A stretch of 63,928 nt of DNA, filler included, from Octopus bimaculoides (taxonomy: Eukaryota), in the NCBI RefSeq assembly GCF_001194135.2. It is 9 parts of 9 records of this genome, joined end to end, with 100 filler letters (N's around TTAATTAATTAA, not from the genome) between each part and the next. Parts side by side here need not be neighbours in the genome. Positions count along the whole stretch, not along the records: positions 11,403 to 22,446 come from NC_068982.1; positions 22,547 to 35,628 come from NC_068996.1; 7 more parts are not named here. One strand, written 5' to 3'. Shown piece after piece: positions 12,914 through 24,639 of this stretch (within the stretch, counting starts at the first letter, position 1; every line of letters starts with the position of its first letter). The translations under genes were made by a program, and so were the position numbers. The notes under the pieces were generated by a model. That model was not told the origin of the DNA, did not search any database, and saw nothing but the letters and a program-made list of their open reading frames with translations.

Positions 12914-14041
12914 TGGATCTTTTCAACCTCAGTCACAGCTTTTTTTAATCAATTTTTTTTTAACTAAATAGTTTGAAACTTTGGATACTGGTTGAATGTG
13001 TCATGTAGAACACGGTTTACTCTTAATGTTTTTGACAAAAGTTTGTATTTTAGAAGTTATTTCATGTTAAAGTTGTCGTATTTGGGTAATTTTAACCAAT
13101 CAATGACGTGTATTCAGCTGAAGAAAGTTACTGCTGTTTGCAAAAGCAATGGAAAAGCAACAACTTCCGGGTCATTGGGTCATCTGTTTTGGCCACTGCA
13201 TACATATATACACGTAAATACAGACACATGTATATGTATACACACACACACTCACACACCAATACAACTTTTAGAACACTGAGGAAACGAAAGGGAGGTG
13301 GGTGTGAGGAATACATAGCTTTATGGAGGGAGGGGGATTGTGAAGTTGATGACAGTTGTTCATGTTGTCCATCACACACACACACACACACACACATTCA
13401 TATGTAAAGCTGATAAATCCCCCACCCCAGAATGGAAGGAAGGAAAAGGAGAGGGTTTAATAAATTAATATGCAGTGGTAGGGGTTGATAAATTTATATA
13501 TATAAGCTGTCATTCATTTTGTCAACACACCACCACTATGTCTGTTCTCTTTCTCTCTATCTACGATTTGCTGGAAATAACAGCCAAATCTCTCTCAATG
13601 TCACACACTAACCTTATATAAATGAGAGGACATATTGGATAAGATGGAAAAAATACACACGCACACACACACACGTATGTATTCCCTATAAAAGAACTTT
13701 CTGTTTTTCTCACCCACCTTTCTTATCTTTTATACTTTTCTCCCAACTCTCTCTCTCTCTCTCTCTCTCTCTTTCATGACTCGATGACCCGGAAGTTGTT
13801 GCACTTCCATTACTTTCGCAAACAGCAGTAATTTTCTTCAGCTGAATACACATCATTGATTGGTTAAAATTACCCAAAGACGACAACTTTAACACAAAAT
13901 AACTTCTAAAATACAAAATTTTGTCAAAAACGTTAAGAGTAAACAGTGTTCTGACACATTCAACCAGTATCCGAAGTTTCAAACTATTTAGTTAAAAAAA
14001 AATTAATTAAAAAAATCTGTGACTGAGATTGAAAAGATCCA
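12914..14041. mobile_element. fold-back / long-TIR element, ~270-bp inverted arms (12914-13183 and 13776-14041)
   Basis: Arms are reverse complements throughout (TGGATCTTTTCAACCTCAGTCACAG... vs ...CTGTGACTGAGATTGAAAAGATCCA) around a ~590-bp spacer. Confidence 0.8.
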
Positions 14042-14156
14042 AAAAACAATTATTCAATTTGCTATATCATTTAAATACACACAGAAAGTGGAATGTTTAA
14101 ATCTACAAATGCTGACAATGTGACATTTTTTTCTTGAGGGTTGCACACTAATGACT

Positions 14157-15738
14157 ATTTCAGAAATATATATTCCACTCTTTGAGGTCAACAATCTGAA
14201 TAACTGAAAATACGAAAACATCAAAAGTTTTGTATTGTATTCAGTAAAAATTTAAATTGAAAAAAAATGTCTGACAAACCATAGTTTATTTTTTATATAT
14301 GCACTATGGTATCAAATCATGGAATACACTGCCTTACAACTTTAGAAAGACTGTATTTGATGGGTTTTTCCCCCAAAAAAATCTAAAAAAAAATTTAAAA
14401 AAAAACGTTTTTAAGAATGAATATTTTATAAACATCAACATTTCAACAAACAAGACATGCTTTATGTATCAAACACTTTGTGACAATTTTTTGTCAATGA
14501 ATTATTGCCAGCAACTCCTTTTTTCTTTTTTTTTCGTTAGTACCAAGCACTGAAGAAAAATTAATTATATTTTTAAGGATTGGCAAAGCACCTAGGTACC
14601 TCTTACTGTGCACCAGTGCTCTATGGCATACTGTTTGGCAACTGGTATAGGCATACTCTTTACCCTTTTACTTGTTTCAGTCATTTGACTGTGGCCATGC
14701 TGGAGCACCGCCTTTAGTCGAGCAAATCGACCCCAGGACTTATTCTTTGTAAGCCTAGTACTTATTCTATCGGTCTCTTTTTGCTGAACCGCTAAGTTAC
14801 GGGGACGTAAACACACCAGCATCGATTGTCAAGCGAAGTTGTGGGGACAAACACATATATATATATATATACATATATATGACGGGTTTCTTTTAGTTTC
14901 TGTCTACCAATTCCACTCACAAGGTTTTGGTCGGCCCGAGGCTATAGTAGAAGACACTTGCCCAAGGTGCCATGCAGTGGGAATGAACCCGGAACCATGT
15001 GGTTGGTAAGCAAGCTACTTACCACACAGTCACTCCTATATACATTTTTATTATCTTTTATTGTTGACCACTGTATTTTTTGGATAATATGAAAATCTTT
15101 TTGTGAGTAAACTCTTTTGGGACAAGTAAGTAAACAGTTTCTTGCATACACCATATTGAGCACTCCTAGCTTAAACCCTTAACCCTTTAGTGTACAGATT
15201 TCTTTGACAAATGCATTGCATATTTATTGCTTTTGTTTTGAATTAATGCACATTATCTTGGAGCTTCAAAATTTCAATAGTGTGTCTGTATAGTTTTAGA
15301 ATGACATTGTAGGTGAGGTGTGAGAGGTTGGATTTAGTCAGTTTTAAAATAAAACAGGAAGAATATTTGGGTCAGATTAAATGCTAAAGAATTAACCTCA
15401 GCCCACATTAACCACAGCTTCATTTATACTGCATGGCTAGTGACTTGTTGACCAACATAAGAGTAGCTTCAGTAGTGCAATATTCTAAGAGTATCTTATA
15501 AAATAACACTTAGTATCAATGAAAGAAAAATGTAGCTATTTTTGGAGTCCAGGAGAGTGTATTCCATAATTTGGTACCACTATGCATATGTGATGTATAC
15601 ATAATTTGTCAGACATTTTGTTTTCTTTTTTGAGTTTATATTAAATAGGAAACCTAAAATAATTTAGCATAAATTTTCATATTTTCAGTTATTCAGAAGG
15701 TTGATCTCAAAGAGTGAAATATATATTTCTGAAATCTC
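14157..15738. repeat. older inverted repeat pair (about 14157-14330 and 15555-15738)
   Basis: TTTCAGAAATATATATT(C/T)CACTCTTTGAG(G/A)TCAAC..CTGAATAACTGAAAATA and AAAATGTCTGACAAA...ATGGAATACACT occur in opposite orientations. Confidence 0.7.
14655..15038 (-). mobile_element. SINE family A, full length
   Basis: Complete reverse complement of the family A consensus, including the ACTCTTT tail. Confidence 0.9.
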
Positions 15739-18700
15739 AGTGGACATCCATCAAAACAGAAATGTCAGACTGTCTAGCCAAGCTTATCATGTTAACATGT
15801 CTAGATTTAAATCCTGCCCTTATAGCCTTGTATGTTTATTTATTTATTGTGTTTAAATGAAACAATGAATCAGATAATGATTTTCTTTGTAATTTTACAT
15901 TTTTTACATATCATATCACAGACATAGTGCTGTATGATTAAGGAATTCATTTCACAACTACAGGTTGTTGGTTCACTTTCTACGCAAGGTACCCTGAGAA
16001 AATGTCTTGTACAGTAGTGTTCAGTTGGCCTATGCCTTCTGGGTGAAATTTGGTTGACAGAAACTGTCAAGCAGTACAACTGCAGCCCAGTAACTAAACT
16101 GTTAAAAATATACAACAAAATAGATGAATATGAAATTTTCATATTTACCAGTATAATAGAATTTAAGCAAAATAATGCAACACATTTAGTTTTACTCAAG
16201 AGTAAAGGATAAATTACCAACAACTACAAAGAACTTTATTGAAGCCAATTAATATTTAGTAGTTTGTTTGCTTAGAGATTTTAAACCAATAATGAAAAGT
16301 CCATGTCAGTAAACATTTCTTCAATGACTGGCACTAATAAATGAAAATGAGTTGCCCATAACAGTTCTTTGTTCACTAAAAAATGGACATGCAGTTCTTT
16401 TCATATAGAGTGAAAAGAAAGTGTATGCCTTAATTGTAATCTTTGGTTGAAGTTTGTACAGAGTATAATATTGAAAACACTATTTGGCCAGGTGTAAAGG
16501 ATAGAGGAATATGAAAGAAATTTTGTGTTTAGACAAGCTATTATTTTAAAAAGAATCTCAATGTAAACAAAATTTATTTTTAAAAAAACATATTAAAAAT
16601 ATTTCCCTAACACTAAACAGTAATGAAATTTGTGTCTGTAAGGTATTTGTAAATAAAGTGAAACCACACACTGACAGAGAATATATTAGTAGCTGTTGCA
16701 TGGATTTGGGCTCCAGAAAAAAACTGACAATAGTGAATAGTTTCTAGCCATTAAAAAAGACATGGTCAAACAATATCTACAAATTCTCACAACAAGCAAA
16801 TCTGGTATTGCCTGCTGTTTCAATTCGTTGTCCTCATTGTTTATATATCCAGTTTTTTTATGTGCCAGTATAGATAGACAAGACAAGCACTATCTAAGCC
16901 AGTATGTTATTGTGGAATGCCTTCCTGACAACAATCCCTTTCTTTCTTGTACTTCTCTTACTTGAGACAAAATAATTTCAATCACAGCCATAGTGTTTAT
17001 TAAGATGTTTAGCTGGATGGCAAGCATTTCATATTTGCATGTTTAAATAGTTTATTTTTGAAAGAATTTAAGTGTCTGTTGAAAATATTTTAGTTAATTA
17101 TGTACTTGAAAAATTAAAAGACATTTAATCATGATAACAAAGTATAATTGATGCCAAGATAAATACTAGACTATAATTAATGTAAAAGATGTATTCATTA
17201 TCAATGTCTGGTCAAGCTTGCTCAGATATTTTTAACCCACAGATATATATTAAACACATTTTATTGCTAGAAATAATATAATTTCTTAAATTAGTAAGGA
17301 AAGCACGTGTTAAATTATGTACTTTGAGAAATACCCTATAGTTCCAGTTGGAATACCTTTGACTTTGTTAAACATCAAAGCTTACTTTTTTTACTTAACA
17401 AAAATTTACTGGAAAATATAAGACATGGTTATTTCAATTCTAGTAACCATCAGTTTCTTATTTTTTAAAGAAATTATTTTAATTGCTGTTTACTTGAAAT
17501 GTTTTCAATGTAGGGTCAAGAGGATCTTAGAGTCTTGTCTTGTCAAGGACATGACAACCTTTCCAGTGCTGGTGCCATGCTAAAATGCACCCAGAACCTT
17601 CTGTAAGGTAGCTGATGTTAAGAAGGCCATCCAGCTATAGAAAGCATGCTGAAAATAGAACATACAAACAAGATGTGTTCCTCTGACCTACTGAGGTAGG
17701 CAGTATCTCTGAATAAGGACCTAGTGAGGAAAATGGATGTAAAAATGATGATAACAATAATGAGTTTTCTGTTAACTCATTAAGAACTAAATGACAAATA
17801 CAAAATAAATTTGTGTTTTTGCAATCAATATGGCCCTTGTTGCTACAATATAATCAAACAGTTAATTATCTGGAATTTTTAATTATGTTTTCTATTCCAT
17901 TATGCAATTGTTGTTTGAATGTTTTGCTGAAAATCAAATCTTTATTGAATGAAAGGGTTGATAACTATTGGGAACTTGATACTATAATCTGGTTATTAGA
18001 ATTAACCTGTTCAGATATGACAATCCTGCCTTTCAAATCTCTAAATTTACATTCAAAAGTCAATTTCCTTGCGAGCTTCAGGGATTGTTCTATATTCTCC
18101 TAGGATTGAAGCTGCCAAACAGTACATGAAGTGGTCAGTGTCTTCCTACCACCATTTCACTTGTTAGCCATTCTTCATCCATTCTTATTGTTCTCTCCAT
18201 CAACAAGTTACACTTCACTCATTCCCTCATCACTGAACCATATTATCTTCCTTCATGCACTACACTTGCTTCACTCTTTACCACCACTCCTGCAGCTTAT
18301 CCAATCACATGTCATCTCTCTCTCGTTCCCCTACCCCATCAACTTCATCATCATTATCCTGCTGCTCCCCCACTCCTATTCTTTTCTGCATCTCTCTATC
18401 TTCTACAACTCATGACTTTTCAACCCTACCCAATTTTTATAGTTGCAGTCTGCCTCCCCATTCCCCCCAGTTCCTATTCCTCACACAATGTCCCAAACCC
18501 GCTGCCATCCCATTTCTACTCACCTCCACTATGTATCTTTTCACAGCTCCAACTGATCATTCTCTTCCTTTCTTCTAAATGTGAATAGTAATGTAGCTTT
18601 TCTATAAGAACCTGCTCTGTCCACTACCTCTCATACTTTAACCATCACCCCTCTTCTAACAAAATTTCTCCTCTTCTCCCTTGGGGTCCATAGCCTTGCA

Positions 18701-20490
18701 AGCTGCTTAATGATCTTGCAAGCTGCTTAATGACAGTGCTGGTGACAGGAAAAAGGTTCCCAGTGTATACTGTGAAATGGTTGGCATTAGGAAAGGCATC
18801 CAACTATATAACCCATACCAAAAAGCAATCACTGGAGCACAATGCAGCCCTTGGACCCATCAGAGTCTGTCAAATTTAATATGTCAAGTTTAGATTTTTC
18901 TGATTCCAGTTTAAATAAGAATAATTTTTATGCAAGTAAAAATTTTCCACTATTGTTTAGTATGGAAAACTTATCTTTTGTTGTGTTTCCACAGTCCATT
19001 TTGGAGACGAGGGTCTTTAGCACTCCTCATACTTTGCTCAACACTCTGAAAGCAAAACTGCATCAAAACTGCAAGAATAGCTGTGTGCCACATGTAAAGC
19101 ATTCACACCTTGACTTAAGGCTCTAATTTGAAACAGGAGTGGTCATATCGAATAAATGTGGTATTGTCATAATTGTGTTTCCTTTACCATTTCATTGCAA
19201 TGCTCAGATCTGTAATATAACAATATTTTGCTTTGGCAAAATTGAGAAAAGTTGATTGCCTAAGTTTTTGAGACGCCCTTTGTGTGCTTTTCTTTTCTTT
19301 GTTCAATACCTACTTTCCTCTTAAGTTATTTTCTAAATTGTCAACATACTGAATGTTAAAAAATTATCATTTAAAAAAATTTACACCAGTCATTTATTGT
19401 AAAGTCATATTTTTAAATATTGACATTTTTACTTGGTATAAGAGAAAGTGTCATTGCATATTATTGGTGCCTTAACACCTGGAATAACAAAACAAAAACT
19501 AATCAATGAGAGAGACTTTATGCTCAGAATGGCAAACACCTCATTCACATTTAAATTTGAAATCACTTTCTGACAAAGTTTGTTGAAAACCCATTTGAAA
19601 CAAGAAGTCAGATTTAGTTAGAAATTTACCTCCCTCCCAATTTTGTTTGTGCAAAACTGAAAGCTTCTGGTTAAAGCAGACCTTTGATAGAAAGGCATTC
19701 CAAGATCAGCCTGCCTTTTATCCCCCAACACAACATATTTAAGCTCACATTATCTTATATCCCCTCTTCCTTAAAACAGTAGTGTGTGATTTGACTGCTA
19801 TTTCTAGTAAGTAAAGTAACTATGTAGAGATTTCCGCATTGACTTAATTATTTCATATTATTTCTAATGCCAAGTCAAAGTAGATAATTCGAAACAGCTA
19901 CAGAAGATAAAGTACATGTTAGCATTTTACAGTACTAACAAGTACATTAAGAATAAGATCTCAATAAATAACCTAAAAGTAACATTTACAAAATACCAAC
20001 GATGATAACCTTAGGTGACACATATATATATATTACCACATTCAAAGGGAGAAGATTATTCAAAGTCATGCTAGCAAATCATGCGAAGTTTAGTGTTACA
20101 AAGTCAAAATGTTTGTTGGTTATGGCATAAAAGGCAAGAATTGACATACATTAAGTATAGCAGGTTGTGATAAGGGATACAGAGTAGAAATTGGTATTAA
20201 AAAAATGGAAGAATTAAAAAAAACATTATATTCTTCCTGATTTGGACAATGATTCCCGAGGACAATGATTTTGAGCTGAGAGGAGCTAGTCAAAACCATC
20301 CAACACTAGTATTTGCCTGGAGCTTTATTTTATCAATCCCAAATGGGATGAAAAGCAAAATTGGACTCAGGCAGGAATTGAATTCAGAATGTAAAGGGTT
20401 ACAAGAAACAACATAACATTTAAACCAATGCGCTAACAATGCTGCCAAAATGTCACCTTTAAAATGACAACGTAGAAATAACTCATGTTC

Positions 20491-20870
20491 TTGGCACTCC
20501 GTCGCTTACAACGTCGAGGGTTCCAGTTGATCCGATCAACGGAACAGCCTGCTCGTGAAATTAACGTGCTATTGGCTGAGCACTCCACAGACACGTGTAC
20601 ACTTAACGTAGTTCTCGGGGATATTCAGCGCGACACAATGTGACATGGCTGACCCTTTGAATTACAGGCACGACAGAAACAGGAAGTAAGAGTGAGAGAA
20701 AGTTGTGGTGAAAGAGTACAGCAGGGTTCGCCACCATCCCCTGCCGGAGCCTCATGGAGCTTTTAGGTGTTTTCGCTCAATAAACACACACAACGCCTGG
20801 TCTGGGAATCAAAACTGCGATCCTATGACCGCGAGTTCGCTGCCCTAACCACTGGGCCATTGCGTCTCCA
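20491..20870 (-). mobile_element. tRNA-derived SINE family C
   Basis: Minus-strand head with A box TGGCCCAGTGG; high similarity to 40848-41233 and 42763-43128. Confidence 0.85.
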
Positions 20871-21217
20871 TGAAATAACTCATAAGATAATGAGAAACAA
20901 ATATGTATATGGCTTTCCTCAATATTTTTTTTCCCCTATGTTTCCTTGCCAGCTTGGATTGGACAGTTTGACCAGCATTGATAAGGTCCAGGGCCACACT
21001 AGGCTCTATTCTCTGTTCTGACATGGTTTCTATGGTGGATGTCCTTTCTAATACCAACCGGTCTACAGTGTGCACCAGGTGTTTTCTATGTGGAACCAGC
21101 ATGAGTGCTTTTAATATGGTGCCAGTATAAGTGCTTTTTATGTGGCAACAGCACCAGTGTCAATTCTGCTGTGGTGGACGAGTCTTCATGAAAGAGGAAA
21201 CTCCACAGAGTTTCCTT

Positions 21218-21524
21218 TATACAGGGTGTCCACAAAGTCTGGGTACATGGAGTAAATAAAATCATAACATAAACAATTAAATATAAGAAATAAAAATTTC
21301 TTTAAGTATGTGTTAATCCCTATGTGGGTAAATGTAGTAAATAAAATCATAATATAAACAATTTATAGGTGCAGGAGTGGTTGTGTGGTAAGTAGCTTGC
21401 TTACCAACCACATGGTTCCGGGTTCATTCCCACTGCGTGGGCAAGTGTCTTCTACTATAGTCTCGGTCCGACCAAAGCCTTGTGAGTGGATTTGGTAGAC
21501 AGAAACTGAAAGAAGCCTGTTATA

Positions 21525-21564
<40 letters not shown>

Positions 21565-21870
21565 TATGTATGTGTGTGTATATGTTTGTGTCTGTGTCTG
21601 TCCCCCCAACATCTCTTGACAACCGATGCTGGTGTGTTTATGTCCCCATAACTTAGCAGTTCGGCAAAAGAGATCGATAGAATAAGTACTAGGCTTCCAA
21701 AGAATAAGTGCTGGAGTCGATTTGCTCGACTAAAAAGGCAGTGCCCCAGCATGGCTGCAGTCGAATGACTGAAACAAGTAAAAGAGTAAAGAGTAATTAA
21801 ATATAAGAAATAATAATTTCTTAAAGTATGTGTTAATCCCATGTACCCAGACTTTGTGGACACCCTGTAT
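21218..21870. mobile_element. Tc1/mariner-type MITE with nested SINE
   Basis: TIRs TATACAGGGTGTCCACAAAGTCTGGGTACATGG / CCATGTACCCAGACTTTGTGGACACCCTGTATA with TA flanks; internal tandem duplication. Confidence 0.85.
21366..21794 (+). mobile_element. SINE family A, full length, inserted in the MITE
   Basis: Complete consensus match, flanked by AATT on both sides. Confidence 0.9.
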
Positions 21871-22546
21871 ATCACATTTTGTTTTTTATTTTCTACATAC
21901 GAAATCAGATCTCTTCAAGACTGTTGGTACAAAAAGTTGACAGAACACGGTTTGTGAGTACTGGCTGGAAAGAGGATAGTAATTTAGCATAGAATGTAAC
22001 AAATTTCAATTTAAACATCAATCAAAACTAAGTTTGCATAAATTTGTTATGGGAAATATGTTTGTGCATATGTTAGTGTTTTACAAACTCAACTCAAAAA
22101 TCTGTGCTATAAAATGTGTTCTTAGAAGTCTTCTGGGCTGCAAGCTGAAATGTGTACAAACAGAAAATGGTCAAAGTGCAGAAACAAAAGATGTGGAGAA
22201 GTAAGATATGGAAACTGAAAGATCCTACGGTTGGTAACAGGTTTAAAGAAATTCTAGAAATATCTACATAGTGGTAAGAAGCTTGCTTCCCAACCACATG
22301 GTTCCGGGTTCAGTCCCACTGCATGGCACCTTGGGCAAGTATCTTCTACTATAAACTCAGGCCGACCAAAGCACTGAGTAGATTTGGTAGACAGAAAGTG
22401 AAAGAAGCCCATCGTATATCTATATATATATATATATATATATATANNNNNNNNNNNNNNNNNNNNNNNNNNNNNNNNNNNNNNNNNNNNTTAATTAATT
22501 AANNNNNNNNNNNNNNNNNNNNNNNNNNNNNNNNNNNNNNNNNNNN

Positions 22547-22858
22547 AACTGTATGTTGGCTGCTCAAGAGTGGGCAGCAACAAAAAACCTATTTGTATAT
22601 GCTCCACAAGGGAAAACAAGGAACATAGTTTACAATGAGGTGTTATAATCACAACAGCAAGAAAGTATGTACATGATCACCTTCTTTTACGAAACTTCAT
22701 TGACTTTCATATATTTATATTGATATACATATATATACGTGTGTTTGGGTGCGTGTGTGTATATACATCTCTCTATATAAAGATGATGCGTAGTCTAGAC
22801 GGCGTTTTTAGATTTCATTATTCTCTTTAACCCGGGCAACGCCGGGTATTTCTGCTAG
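22547..22858 (+). mobile_element. Helitron 3' end (Pif1 helicase C-terminus plus hairpin and CTAG terminus)
   Basis: LYVGCSRVGSNK then (+1 frameshift) KNLFVYAPQGKTRNIVYNEVL*, the typical RepHel C-terminus; GC hairpin ACCCGG..CCGGGT at 22830-22847; CTAG at 22855-22858 followed by T. Confidence 0.85.
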
Positions 22859-22939
22859 TATATTATAAAACTATTGATAATAGTATTTTAGGATGAATTC
22901 AAAAGCACAAGGAGTAAATAGGTTAAAATCATATAAACT

Positions 22940-24137
22940 AGTTATTTTTGGAAAAAAATTTAAACGTTGATAAATATTTATGTCTACAAAGAATTATGAC
23001 ATCCGAAATCTTATTAATTAAAATTTTTTATCAGTACGGAGTATATTGATTAATTCTTTTGTGCATAATTCATTATTTCTGGTGTGTGTATTGTATGGTT
23101 TGGTTTCCGTTATAATAGACCAATCCAGACAGAATTGTTTATTACGCATTTTTGATTTATTAATGTGGGTAGTTAGTGTGGTTGAGTTTTTTGTTTCTTG
23201 ATTAATAAATGAATTTGTGTGCCCCCTATATCTAGTCTTAAAATCAGTCGTACTTCCTATGTATATCTTCTTTGATTCATTGGGAGTTGAAACCTCCACT
23301 TTATACATGACATTTCTCCTTAAACATAATTTCTTTAAGGGACATAAATTCCGGTTACGACAATTACATGCTTTATTTCCATGCTTCGCCTTTATATTTT
23401 TGATATCTTTTTTTTTGATATTTTTGATTCTTATTATTATTCATATTGAGGCCAGCTAAATTGTCATCTCTATCGATACTATTATTCCTAAGTTTTAATC
23501 TATCATTGGCCGCAATTATAGATCCTAGATTAGGCATAGTTAAGTATGATAATTTAAGGCAGGATCTATTAAAGATGGGATAATACTTATGGCCAAATGG
23601 AAAATTCCTGCCAATAATCCTAAAAAATAATTTAGGGAGATTACTGACTTAGAAGAAAGAAGAAGGGGTGAGCCAAATAATTTCCCGTTTCCTGGCCGAG
23701 TCGTTCCAAATCTGCCCAGTATAATTATTATTATAATTGAATGAATTATAGTGTCTTCTATTATGGCGGCAGTCCTGATGTTCAGGAGGATCATTCACAG
23801 AAGGGGTATCAATATTTAATTTCGCAAGATTTGGAAAACGTTTACCTAATTTATTCTTGAATATTGTCTTCTTAATATAATATATCTTCCTATCGAATCC
23901 ATTGTTCCTTAATGCTGTATTATAAATGGGTGTAAAGTTATGAAAAATCTTTTCATTTGCAGATAAGTTATAAATTCTTATCGACACCTCGTTGACCCCC
24001 ATTAATAACACTTTCAGGAAGATTGGACAATACATGGATATACTTAATGGGTTTATTGGGCTTATTATGGTAAAGATAAAATAAGCCATTGTCTAAATTC
24101 AATGTTACGTCCCCAAAATTGTGACGTCTGGTGACCA
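22940..24137 (-). mobile_element. Penelope-like retroelement remnant (RT thumb, linker, CNCR zinc motif, GIY-YIG endonuclease)
   Basis: DVTLNLDNGLF...KPIKYIHVLSN; RKREIIWLTP; CNCRNRNLCPLKKLCLRRNVMY; KIYIGSTTDFKTRYRGHTNSF...WSII...ELCTKE; several frameshifts. Confidence 0.9.
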
Positions 24138-24221
24138 AGAAACATATACATACATACATACATACATACATACATACATACAAGAGTATTGTAGTTCGCT
24201 TGAAGCATTGTGTATTGTTTG

Positions 24222-24507
24222 TAAAGAATGAAAAGTTTAGAATGGTACAACAATGCACTATAATACAAAAATGAACTATATACCTGTTGTAATTTAGTTA
24301 TCCATAGTCCGATGATATTTCGGAATTACAATTCCTTCTTCAGATATTCTTCGATGGAGTCTTATAGCAGAGACTCCATCGAAGAATATCTGAAGAAGGA
24401 ATTGTATTCCGAAATATCATCGGACTATAGATAACTAAATTACAACAGGTATGTAGTCCATTTTTGTATTATAGTGCATTGTACCATTCGAAACTTTTTA
24501 TTCTTTA
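24222..24507. repeat. near-perfect inverted repeat (arms 24222-24362 and 24371-24507, 8-nt loop)
   Basis: Arms are reverse complements with about 5 substitutions and two small indels. Confidence 0.95.
24390..24418 (+). ncRNA. minimal hammerhead-ribozyme-like motif (mirror copy on - strand at 24314-24343)
   Basis: CTGAAGA-A-GGAAT-TGT-ATTCC-GAAA-TATC: intact core, 5-bp stem II, palindromic stem III (ATAT), NUH = AUC; stem I only 2 bp. Confidence 0.55.
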
Positions 24508-24575
24508 TACATACATACATACATACATACATAATACATACATTTATACATGCATACATACATACATTTATACAT

Positions 24576-24639
<64 letters not shown>

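Noticed and set aside
15689-15829. Apparent 141-nt phase-0 exon LFRRLISKSEIY...SCPYSL with good splice signals
   Set aside because: Its acceptor and first ~50 nt lie in an inverted repeat arm shared with 14157-14330, so it is probably TE-derived; no homologue recognised
18131-18578. Leu/Ser/Pro/His-rich plus-strand ORFs
   Set aside because: Pyrimidine-rich, highly decayed sequence, probably an old LINE remnant on the minus strand; no coherent protein
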